Shown piece by piece: positions 10,521-18,058 of a stretch of 42,042 bases of DNA (the stretch's first letter is position 1; every line of letters starts with the position of its first letter). The position numbers and the translations under genes are program-made. The DNA comes from an uncultured Candidatus Saccharibacteria bacterium (GTDB lineage: Bacteria > Patescibacteriota > Minisyncoccia > Phycocordibacterales > Zambryskibacteraceae), in assembly GCA_964355645.1 (NCBI GenBank), contig CAYHDI010000001.1, forward strand, positions 158,897 through 200,938. Reading direction: 5' to 3'. The notes below the pieces were generated by a model. It did not search any database and was not told the origin of the DNA. It saw only the letters and a program-made list of their open reading frames with translations.

Positions 10521-10673
10521 AGAGACATCTATAGTATATACAAACTTGCGATAAATGCAAGAATCTGTGGATATCTTAGAATATATCAAAAAGCCACTTA
10601 ATAAATGGTTTTTTTGATAATAAAAAATATTTAGGTATACTTTCAACAGACCCTTTTATTGAGGAACGTTCTT

Positions 10674-10919
10674 ATGTGCACGACGCAAGTGCTTCATTTT
10701 TCGACCCCGTCTCAGGTACTGACTTATTATCCGAGGGAAGAGAGAAACAGAAAAATTCTCGATTTCATCGACAGGTACCATTTGCCCATACGGGTTAGCC
10801 CGGTGGAGGGGGTAGTGACTGAGTTGCGCATTTCTCAAGGCAACTATATTTGGGGTATTTCAACAATCATGAATTACCTCAGGGAAGAGTATGCTGACTG
10901 GATTGCTGCAAGCGCCTAA
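10674..10919 (+). CDS. Small hypothetical protein, possible thioredoxin/GST-N-like fold; paralog 1
   Basis: ATG at 10674 after GAGGA; aligns with 11714-11956 (KI.D....LP, TELR...G...G...I...LRE). Confidence 0.7.
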   Translation: MCTTQVLHFSTPSQVLTYYPREERNRKILDFIDRYHLPIRVSPVEGVVTELRISQGNYIWGISTIMNYLREEYADWIAASA

Positions 10920-10960
10920 CACAGGCGTTTTTTTATTGACAAAATTTTGATTTCCTATAG

Positions 10961-11071
10961 TTAGCAAGAACCGTTCTTGCTAAACTGTGCAAAGCCAGGC
11001 TTCGGACATATACATCTAACTCACGCTATAGCTAATTATAAATGTATTACTTAGGTGTCCAACATCTAAGT
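10961..11071. repeat. Stack of four unrelated palindromes (23, 23, 38, 23 bp) spaced 1-2 nt apart
   Basis: 10961-10983, 10986-11008, 11010-11047, 11049-11071. Confidence 0.8.
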
Positions 11072-11072
11072 G

Positions 11073-11108
11073 AAAAACCACCCTTGCGGGTGGTTTTTTT
11101 GATATAAT
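11073..11108 (+). terminator. Terminator hairpin fused to TATAAT; near copy of 9835-9870
   Basis: AAAAACCACCC-TTGC-GGGTGGTTTTTTT-GA-TATAAT. Confidence 0.75.
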
Positions 11109-11114
11109 GCTTCT

Positions 11115-11630
11115 ATGCAACAACTTGATAAAAAGGCAGTTTGGTTATTTTTTATTTATAATTTGTTCGGGGGTTTAGTCTTTATTTTATTTTTCTCGAT
11201 ATTTATCGGTGGTTTTTTGAGTAGTTTTGTAATCAATGGAAAAATAATTGGATTCTTCTCCATTTTTTCTTTTCTCTTTAATTTCTTTTGGTTAGCAGTT
11301 CTGTATATTGTTATATGTTTTATTGCGGCAAAATTGACATATAAATATTACAAATATGAACTCACAGATAGGGGATTCAGAAAGGAGTCAGGAATTATAT
11401 ATAAAAAATATGTAACTATTCCTTACGACAGAATTCAAAATGTAGATATTCATCGTGGTATAACTGCTCGTATTCTGGGTTTATCTGATTTGCATATCCA
11501 AACCGCCGGTACAAGTGCCCCGTCTGCAATAGGGGAAGGAAGATTACCTGGGTTATCTGTAGAAATTGCTGAGAGACTTCGAGATGAACTTGTAGATAGG
11601 GCAAAAAATAACAAAGATCAAGGTTTGTAA
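11115..11630 (+). CDS. Membrane protein with bacterial PH domain (YdbS-like)
   Basis: Two TM segments then GIIYKKYVTIPYDRIQNVDI..RILGLSDLHIQTAG. Confidence 0.85.
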   Translation: MQQLDKKAVWLFFIYNLFGGLVFILFFSIFIGGFLSSFVINGKIIGFFSIFSFLFNFFWLAVLYIVICFIAAKLTYKYYKYELTDRGFRKESGIIYKKYVTIPYDRIQNVDIHRGITARILGLSDLHIQTAGTSAPSAIGEGRLPGLSVEIAERLRDELVDRAKNNKDQGL

Positions 11631-11713
11631 TTTAAAAAATCCCCATAAGGGGATTTTTGGTAAGGCAGTTTGGGGTTATAATTTTAATAGACTCTTTAAC
11701 CGAGGATTTTATT

Positions 11714-11956
11714 ATGAGCGGCGTTCAAGAGAAAGATCCTTGGATGAAACTTGTTTTTTGTCCTTGTGATCCTGATCATCAAAAGATTGTCGATCTCGTG
11801 AACGAACATGAATTACCCGTGATTCTGGATTCGGACGAGAATGTTCCCCATACCGAACTGAGGGTGAACAAGGGAGAAATCCTAATCGGCGAAGAACGGA
11901 TTCTCAGACATCTGCGAGAGTGCTTTGTTTCTCGTATCACCCCAATGCCCAGCTAG
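11714..11956 (+). CDS. Small hypothetical protein, possible thioredoxin/GST-N-like fold; paralog 2
   Basis: ATG at 11714 after GAGGA; similarity to 10674-10919; CPC motif. Confidence 0.7.
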   Translation: MSGVQEKDPWMKLVFCPCDPDHQKIVDLVNEHELPVILDSDENVPHTELRVNKGEILIGEERILRHLRECFVSRITPMPS

Positions 11957-12001
11957 ATCCAGCTAGGCATTTTTTATTGACAAAAATTATATTTCCTATA
12001 A

Positions 12002-12039
12002 ACCCCCACACTTACTTGCAAAAAAGTAAGTGTGGGGGT
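12002..12039. repeat. Palindrome with perfect 16-bp arms in the rplJ promoter region
   Basis: ACCCCCACACTTACTT-GCAAAA-AAGTAAGTGTGGGGGT. Confidence 0.85.
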
Positions 12040-12055
12040 AAAGTGGTCCTCGTAA

Positions 12056-12116
12056 GGTCAAAGACAGAAGGCCCTTCGGATACCTCAGGGTAAACGATAT
12101 AAGTCCTTCCGAGATC
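12056..12116 (+). ncRNA. Ribosomal protein L10 leader (autoregulatory RNA); boundaries approximate
   Basis: AAGACAGAAGG...TAAA...CCTTCCGAG pattern typical of L10 leaders, directly upstream of rplJ. Confidence 0.7.
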
Positions 12117-12176
12117 ACTCTCTAACTCCATAAAAGTGGAAGTCGAGACCTTATTTAACAGGTTGTTTTATTTATT

Positions 12177-12665
12177 ATGGCAATATCACGGGCCAAGAAA
12201 GGAGAGATAGTGGACAAACTTAAGACCGCTTTGAAAGGAGCGAAGTCTCTGGTTTTCGTGAACTTCCATGGACTCAAAGTTTCTGAAGCAAGCGCGATGC
12301 GCCGAAGCTTGAAGAGCGAAGGTGTCTCATACGCGGTGACCAAGAAATCTTTGACCAAACGAGTTTTGGCTGATGAGAAATTCTCTGGTACTCAACCGGA
12401 GCTCACAGGTGAACTCGCAGTCGCATGGTCTGAAGATCTCGTCGCTCCCGCACGCGGAGTGTACGGATTCCAGAAAAAATTTCCCGCAGGTTTGAAAATC
12501 CTCGGTGGAGTTTTCGAGAACAAATACATGACGAAGATTGAAATGGAAGAGATTGCTCTCATCCCATCACTCGATGTTCTACGAGGCAAGTTTGTGAATA
12601 TTATCAATTCTCCAATCCAGCGTTTCGCAATTGCGCTTAATGAAATTGCAAAAGTCAGAAATTAA
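12177..12665 (+). CDS. rplJ: 50S ribosomal protein L10
   Basis: FVNFHGLKV, KKSLTKR, ILGGVFE; upstream of rplL. Confidence 0.96.
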   Translation: MAISRAKKGEIVDKLKTALKGAKSLVFVNFHGLKVSEASAMRRSLKSEGVSYAVTKKSLTKRVLADEKFSGTQPELTGELAVAWSEDLVAPARGVYGFQKKFPAGLKILGGVFENKYMTKIEMEEIALIPSLDVLRGKFVNIINSPIQRFAIALNEIAKVRN

Positions 12666-12683
12666 TAATCACAAATAAAAAAT

Positions 12684-13118
12684 ATGGAAGAAACAAAAAA
12701 TGCTCCGATGCACGAAGTGAACGGAGTCCCGGTCGAAAGCATCGGGAAAGTTCCTGCAAAGTTTGCGAAGATTGTGAAGGAAATCGAAGAAATGCCAGTG
12801 CTCGAATTAAATGAATTAGTGAAAGTGTTCGAAAACAAATTCGGCGTATCAGCCACAGCCGTTGCTTCCGGTCCTGCAGTCGCAGCCGGCCCCGCGGAGG
12901 AAGAAAAATCAACAGCCGATGTTGAACTCACTGACGGTGGTGCACAGAAAATTGCGGTCATCAAAGTGGTGAAGGAAGTCCTCGCCCTCGGTTTGAAGGA
13001 AGCCAAGGATCTCGTCGACGCAGCCCCTTCAATGCTCAAAGCCGGTATGAAGAAAGAAGAAGCTACCGAACTCAAAAAGAAAATTGAGGAAGCAGGCGGT
13101 AAAGTAACTTTGAAGTAA
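12684..13118 (+). CDS. rplL: 50S ribosomal protein L7/L12 with N-terminal extension
   Basis: [24 protein letters not shown]. Confidence 0.98.
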   Translation: MEETKNAPMHEVNGVPVESIGKVPAKFAKIVKEIEEMPVLELNELVKVFENKFGVSATAVASGPAVAAGPAEEEKSTADVELTDGGAQKIAVIKVVKEVLALGLKEAKDLVDAAPSMLKAGMKKEEATELKKKIEEAGGKVTLK

Positions 13119-13308
13119 ACTTCAAAGTTACTCGCCTGCTTGGGAGGGGGTCGGGGAACAGAAGTTCCCCGTGGAGGAAAACAGCGAACAAAGTGAGCGT
13201 TAGAAACCGTGGGTTTCTAAGGAGGAGCTTGCGACGACGGCTGGTGGAAAAGTTTCCTTTAGAACTCACCTCACCCAACCCTCTCCTAGACGTAAGGAGA
13301 GGAAACAC

Positions 13309-13330
13309 AAAAGCCCCTTAAGGGGCTTTT
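13309..13330. terminator. Bidirectional intrinsic terminator
   Basis: AAAAGCCCCTTAAGGGGCTTTT. Confidence 0.8.
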
Positions 13331-13372
13331 GATGTAATTGAAAAAAAAGACAAGAAATGATATGTTTGTTTC

Positions 13373-13696
13373 ATGGAAAGGCTTAAAAATACAGCTCAAA
13401 AAGGTTCAGTTAGATATATTGTTTTCAAGGAAGCTGACATTTGGTATGGAGTCGGTTTGGAGTTTAATATTGTAGAATCTGGAGACGATCCCCAGCTAGT
13501 ATTATTCAGATTGTTTGAAGCTATTAGTGGTTACGTGGAAGCCTTTAAAAAAATTGGTGGCGCTCGCCCAAATACCCTAAATCAAACTACTGATGAAGAG
13601 TATGAAAATCTTTGGAATAAACTACAGACCAAAGCTCCTATAGAATCTCCATATTCGATTTATTCTTTTGGTGAAAAACCACTAGCGCTTGTTTAA
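13373..13696 (+). CDS. HicB-like antitoxin
   Basis: YIVFKE..WYGVGLEFNIVESGD..LFEAI pattern; adjacent to hicA-like gene; TTGAAA-17-TATGTT promoter. Confidence 0.7.
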   Translation: MERLKNTAQKGSVRYIVFKEADIWYGVGLEFNIVESGDDPQLVLFRLFEAISGYVEAFKKIGGARPNTLNQTTDEEYENLWNKLQTKAPIESPYSIYSFGEKPLALV

Positions 13697-13698
13697 TT

Positions 13699-13923
13699 AT
13701 GCCGAGAGGAATTTTCAACTGGACATTTGCGGAAGTTGATAAATTTCTAAAAGACCGAGGTTTTAGAGTTAATCATACCAAAGGCAGTCATTATTATTAT
13801 CACGGGACATCTAATGGTGAATTGAGAATAGTTTGTGTGCCTTTCCATGGGCATAAGTCTATTAATCCACGAACAATGAAAAGTATCATTGCACAATCCG
13901 GTATTTCATACGAAGAATGGTAA
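13699..13923 (+). CDS. hicA: HicA-family mRNA interferase toxin
   Basis: GF....KGSH, VPFH, TMKSIIAQSG; 74 aa. Confidence 0.88.
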   Translation: MPRGIFNWTFAEVDKFLKDRGFRVNHTKGSHYYYHGTSNGELRIVCVPFHGHKSINPRTMKSIIAQSGISYEEW

Positions 13924-14001
13924 GAGGCAAAACAAAAAATCCTTGTATTTGCTTTTATAAACTAAAAGAGTAAATTAAAAGTATTAATTAATATAAAAAA
14001 T

Positions 14002-14220
14002 ATGTCCGAAAGAGCACCAAAATTGACCCCAGAGCAGGAAGAAATCGAACGTCAGCGTTTAGAATTTCAGGACAGAGCTCGTGTGGAAGCAGCTTCGAAT
14101 AACTCTTTTATTGACAATGTCGTGCACGATGGCAAAGATCCTTTACCTGGTGAGGACAGGCAGTATGAATCAGCCAAGAGTGTCATGCACAAAAATGCAC
14201 TTGATGGTGAAGCTGAGTAG
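14002..14220 (+). CDS. Small acidic hypothetical protein
   Basis: 72-aa ORF with upstream promoter-like TTGCTT..TAAATT and A-rich leader. Confidence 0.55.
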   Translation: MSERAPKLTPEQEEIERQRLEFQDRARVEAASNNSFIDNVVHDGKDPLPGEDRQYESAKSVMHKNALDGEAE

Positions 14221-14322
14221 AATCAGGCCTAACATAATCACCACACAGGTCTTGCCTCTGTGGGGATGAGATCAGCCCGAAAGGGCTGGTTTTTGCTTGC
14301 CCAGATGGTGTAGAATGTCGGC

Positions 14323-14883
14323 ATGACCAAATCGGTATCCCATATATTCGGAGGAGAGGCGAAGGTGAAGATTATGCGTCTTTTTATCTTCAATCCGGAT
14401 AGTGTTTTTGAAGCGAAGACTATCAGCGAACGAACCAAGGAGAAACCCACCCTCGTGCGCAAACGTTTGAATGAACTCTTGAAAGCCGGTCTTTTAAAAA
14501 GACGCTTGAGAGGATTTACTCTGGATAGAGAATATCCATATTTGAAGGCTCTCGAGAATTTCATGATTGATGCTGGGCCCATTACAGACAAACAAATTAT
14601 CAAAAAGCTTTCTAAGGTTGGGGCAGTCAAACTTATTTTGATTTCTGGTATTTTCTTGCACGACTCAGAAGCACGTGTGGATTTGCTTGTGGTGGGGGAT
14701 CACATCAAGAAAGGAAAACTCGTTTCAGCTATCTCAAACATTGAAGCCGAATTAGGAAGAGAAATTCGCTATGCTGCCTTTGAAACAGCAGATTTTCATT
14801 ATCGTTTCGGTATGTATGACAAACTTATTTTAGACATCTTAGACGCGAAGAATCACAAAATCCTCAACAAAATAGGCGCTTAA
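14323..14883 (+). CDS. Winged-helix plus nucleotidyltransferase-like domain protein
   Basis: N-terminal HTH (LNELLKAGLL); SGIF...VDLLVVGD...LGREI degenerate MNT pattern. Confidence 0.7.
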   Translation: MTKSVSHIFGGEAKVKIMRLFIFNPDSVFEAKTISERTKEKPTLVRKRLNELLKAGLLKRRLRGFTLDREYPYLKALENFMIDAGPITDKQIIKKLSKVGAVKLILISGIFLHDSEARVDLLVVGDHIKKGKLVSAISNIEAELGREIRYAAFETADFHYRFGMYDKLILDILDAKNHKILNKIGA

Positions 14884-15030
14884 CTCTGCTCCACAGAAGC
14901 TTCGCAGGGCGAGTCTATCCACAGTCTACGAAGATTAGCCATTTTTTAGCCAATTAGGGTATATAATAAACGGGTACCCCTTTTAGAGTGGTAAATTAAA
15001 AGCTTAAGCGAATTTTTCAGTCAAGAACAT

Positions 15031-15720
15031 ATGATTCTATCAACATGGCAACAAGTTCTAACTCTCTCATTCCAAAATCTTTGGCTGGGAGTAGTTAACT
15101 TCGTGCCGAATCTTGTTATCGCCCTTATTATTGTTATCCTCGGATGGCTCATCGGTGCACTCTTCGGTCGAGCTATCTGGCAAGTTTTCCGTTCACTTCG
15201 AGTGGACGAAGCTCTTCGCCGAGCAGGATTTGAAAGTTTCTTAAGGAGAAGTGGAATGAACCTCGACTCTGGAGCTTTCATTGGAGGATTGGTCAAGTGG
15301 TTTGTAATCGTGGTTTTCCTCGTGGCAGCCTTCGACATCTTGGGTCTCACACAGGTTAATCTCTTCCTTCAACAGGTAGTGATCGCTTATCTTCCTCGTG
15401 TTATCGTCGCAGCCCTTATCCTTCTTGTTGGAGGAGTGGTTGGCGATGTCACAGAGAGAATTGTGGTTACCGCAGCCAAGTCAGCTGAAGTTCGTTCAGC
15501 ACACTTCGCTGGCACTATTGCCAAGTGGGCAGTTTGGGTTTTCGCAATACTCGTTGCTCTCTCACAGCTTGGTATTGCAGCAGCCTTCAGCCAGACTCTC
15601 TTCACCGGCATCGTCATAGCTATCTCCCTCGCTCTCGGCCTTTCATTCGGCCTTGGTGGACAGGAAGCAGCTGGTCGATTCATCGAACGACTTCGTGGTG
15701 AGATGGGTGGCAAGAACTAA
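15031..15720 (+). CDS. MscS-associated TM-helix repeat protein (CmpX-like)
   Basis: Repeated FVPNLVIALII / YLPRVIVAALI; ALGLSFGLGG. Confidence 0.85.
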   Translation: MILSTWQQVLTLSFQNLWLGVVNFVPNLVIALIIVILGWLIGALFGRAIWQVFRSLRVDEALRRAGFESFLRRSGMNLDSGAFIGGLVKWFVIVVFLVAAFDILGLTQVNLFLQQVVIAYLPRVIVAALILLVGGVVGDVTERIVVTAAKSAEVRSAHFAGTIAKWAVWVFAILVALSQLGIAAAFSQTLFTGIVIAISLALGLSFGLGGQEAAGRFIERLRGEMGGKN

Positions 15721-15777
15721 GAGAGTATTCGCTAGATAATACTCAAATAGTAGTCCCGCCTAAGGCGGGGCAATCAG

Positions 15778-15803
15778 AAAAAGGCCTGAAATAAGGCCTT
15801 TTT
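15778..15803. terminator. Bidirectional intrinsic terminator
   Basis: AAAAAGGCCT-GAAATA-AGGCCTTTTT. Confidence 0.75.
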
Positions 15804-15824
15804 CTGCACCTAAATTTCTTTTCA

Positions 15825-15866
15825 AAAAGTGCTTGACTTTTCTTTTGATATATGCTAGGATAAATA
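15825..15866 (+). promoter_or_regulatory. Duplicated sigma70 promoter, copy 1
   Basis: TTGACT-17-TAGGAT with TGn extension; 39/42 identical to 16848-16889. Confidence 0.85.
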
Positions 15867-15923
15867 CAGTACAGGCACGAGCCACACGGTCCTTTCATAC
15901 CCGCCCCTGGAGGGGCAAACACA

Positions 15924-16769
15924 ATGGCTTCCAAGAAGAAGGTTTCAACCGCGTCGTCGAAGAAGACCACGAGGTCCGCAACGAAGGCCGCGAAGCCGAG
16001 GGCTCCGAAGCCCGAGAGCAAGACAGCTGTTCAGGCACCCGCCGAACAGCAGACCGCCGAAGCTCCGACTACGGTCGAACCCGCATCGGTGGTCGAGGTC
16101 GAGGCAATCGCTCCGGCGACGGCCACGGCGACGATCGAACTGCCGTCAGCAACGAAGTCGCAGGTACGTCATGTTCCGAAAAGCGCTGTGAGCACGAAGA
16201 ATCGCCCGACCTCGGGCATCTCGGCTCTGCTCTACGAGACTCGGTTTGCTCTCGGTGCGTTCTTCGCACTCGAGTCGATCGGTACTCGTTTCGACGAGCG
16301 TGAGCGGTCTGGACTGCGCAATCTCAGGCGGTTCGGCGTCGAGCACGCGAAGAAGATTCAGGCGGGGGAGAAGGTCGAATCGGCCCAGCTCAATCGCACC
16401 ATCGGCCTCGCCCGCAAGGTGGGCGAGTTGCTCGAGACGCGCTTCTACGCGATCATGGGCGATTCCTTCATCCTGCTCGACAAGGGGCTGAAGGAGCTCG
16501 AGCAGGTCGCGCCCGAGTACCTCGTTCGCGACGCCGAGAAGATCAAGGCGTTGCGCGAGAACATGCTCAACGTGCTCGCGAAGATTGACGCGACCTACGA
16601 CGAGACGGTCGATGCGTACAAGGCCATGATGACCTACGTGCCGTCGGTCTCCGAGGAAGCCGAACAGATCGTCGAGATCGAGCGCCAGCGCAAGCGTGCG
16701 GCGGACGCGGTCAAGAACGCGGACGATCTGCTCAATGAGTTCGCCGACCTCGACGCCATCGAGTTCTAA
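15924..16769 (+). CDS. GC-rich orphan: basic low-complexity N-terminal tail plus helical domain
   Basis: 281-aa ORF, GGAGG SD, strong G/C third-position bias, own promoter and terminator. Confidence 0.85.
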   Translation: MASKKKVSTASSKKTTRSATKAAKPRAPKPESKTAVQAPAEQQTAEAPTTVEPASVVEVEAIAPATATATIELPSATKSQVRHVPKSAVSTKNRPTSGISALLYETRFALGAFFALESIGTRFDERERSGLRNLRRFGVEHAKKIQAGEKVESAQLNRTIGLARKVGELLETRFYAIMGDSFILLDKGLKELEQVAPEYLVRDAEKIKALRENMLNVLAKIDATYDETVDAYKAMMTYVPSVSEEAEQIVEIERQRKRAADAVKNADDLLNEFADLDAIEF

Positions 16770-16800
16770 CCCTCCAGCTGGGGAATAACACCCCGCGAAT

Positions 16801-16826
16801 ACCCCACAAGGTTTCGTGGGGTTTTT
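16801..16826 (+). terminator. Intrinsic terminator
   Basis: ACCCCAC...GTGGGGT followed by T-tract. Confidence 0.65.
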
Positions 16827-16847
16827 CGTACCAAATTTTGTTTCTAT

Positions 16848-16889
16848 AAAAGTCCTTGACTTTTCTTTTGATGTATGCTAGGATGAATA
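16848..16889 (+). promoter_or_regulatory. Duplicated sigma70 promoter, copy 2
   Basis: TTGACT-17-TAGGAT with TGn extension. Confidence 0.85.
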
Positions 16890-16948
16890 TAGAATGGCAA
16901 ACCCGCCATCTGTATCAGACCTCCTTTTCCCGTTTTACCGGAGGAATC

Positions 16949-17566
16949 ATGAACTTTGTGAGAGCGATTGATCTCAAGGAAGCAACCGATGTTCTCGTTC
17001 GTTTCCGCTACACCAATCAAGCGATCGTACCCAATGGGTTGCGGCAGCTTGATCGGCCCGCTGAGCGTGAGCTTATCAGCAAGCGTATGCGCGCCATGGG
17101 CGTACAGAGCGAGTCGGCGACTCACGGCAAGCAGGTCATCAACAACCTGCCGCGCACTCAGGTGGCCGTGCTTCGTAAGGGACTCGTGAACAACGGCCTG
17201 CGTCTCGTTGACGCACACACCTCGTGTGAGAAGGCCAAGCACGGCTCGAAGTACATCACCACAATGAGCTTTCGCAAGCTCAAGGAAGGCGAGCCGCCTC
17301 TCCAGATCTCGAACGAAGGGATCGATGAGCTTCGAGGGTTCTCGATGGACTCCGTCTGGACCGCCCACATCTGGTGGAATCCGAACGGGGTGATGGTCAT
17401 CGAGCTTGTCCAGCGTCAGCCGGGGGTAGTACCCCAATACGCTATCGTGGTTCGCGACGGTTGGATTGTCGCCGCTCCAACCGAACGGTTACTCGAGGAA
17501 AACGAAGAGGACATGCAGATTGGTGCACTTCTCCTCGAGGAGCTGGAGTCGCTCAGGGTGGCGTAG
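16949..17566 (+). CDS. GC-rich orphan protein
   Basis: ATG at 16949 after GGAGGA; strong terminator at 17585-17616. Confidence 0.8.
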   Translation: MNFVRAIDLKEATDVLVRFRYTNQAIVPNGLRQLDRPAERELISKRMRAMGVQSESATHGKQVINNLPRTQVAVLRKGLVNNGLRLVDAHTSCEKAKHGSKYITTMSFRKLKEGEPPLQISNEGIDELRGFSMDSVWTAHIWWNPNGVMVIELVQRQPGVVPQYAIVVRDGWIVAAPTERLLEENEEDMQIGALLLEELESLRVA

Positions 17567-17584
17567 CACAAGTTCGTTTGTTTG

Positions 17585-17616
17585 GGGCCGGTGGAGGAAA
17601 CTCCACCGGCCCTTTT
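17585..17616 (+). terminator. Intrinsic terminator
   Basis: GGGCCGGTGGAG-GAAA-CTCCACCGGCCC-TTTT. Confidence 0.9.
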
Positions 17617-17628
17617 GTTTTGTTGAAT

Positions 17629-17657
17629 TTGACAATAAGGCTTGATTTCTATACTAT
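17629..17657 (+). promoter_or_regulatory. Putative promoter restarting the S10 operon at rpsS
   Basis: TTGACA-17-TACTAT. Confidence 0.7.
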
Positions 17658-17693
17658 ATTCTCCTGAAGCTCCGTGGAGCTTTCTTTATTCTC

Positions 17694-18035
17694 ATGACTC
17701 GTTCAAGCAAAAAAGGTCCATACGTAGACCCACGAATCCTTAAAAAGATTGAGGGCAAGAAACCCGGTACCACCGGAGTGATTAAGACGTGGTCGAGAGC
17801 GTGCCAGATTGCTCCTGAGATGGTCGGTTTCACCTTCGGGGTGCACAATGGCAAAGATCATGTGGAAGTTTTCGTCACCGAGGATATGGTTGGACACCGC
17901 CTCGGTGAATTTTCTTTAACTCGCAAGTTCACGAAGCATGGAGGCAAGATGCAGAAGGACCTTGAACAAAAGAAAAAGGAAGCCGAAATCTCTGCTGCCC
18001 AAGCAGCGAAGGGAGCCACGGAGTCTAAGAAGTAG
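17694..18035 (+). CDS. rpsS: 30S ribosomal protein S19
   Basis: [19 protein letters not shown]. Confidence 0.99.
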   Translation: MTRSSKKGPYVDPRILKKIEGKKPGTTGVIKTWSRACQIAPEMVGFTFGVHNGKDHVEVFVTEDMVGHRLGEFSLTRKFTKHGGKMQKDLEQKKKEAEISAAQAAKGATESKK

Positions 18036-18058
18036 AAAGTCTAAAAGTCAAAAGTAAA

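Noticed and set aside
6979-16020. Shared KPRAPK peptide in the S10 extension and the 15924 orphan
   Set aside because: Low-complexity Lys/Pro/Ala sequence with different codons; likely coincidence.
15833-17667. Long alternative-frame and antisense ORFs (15833-16303, 16844-17437, 17374-17667)
   Set aside because: Shadows of GC-rich genes; some start inside the duplicated promoter, which explains their similar N-termini (MTFLL.YAR.N).
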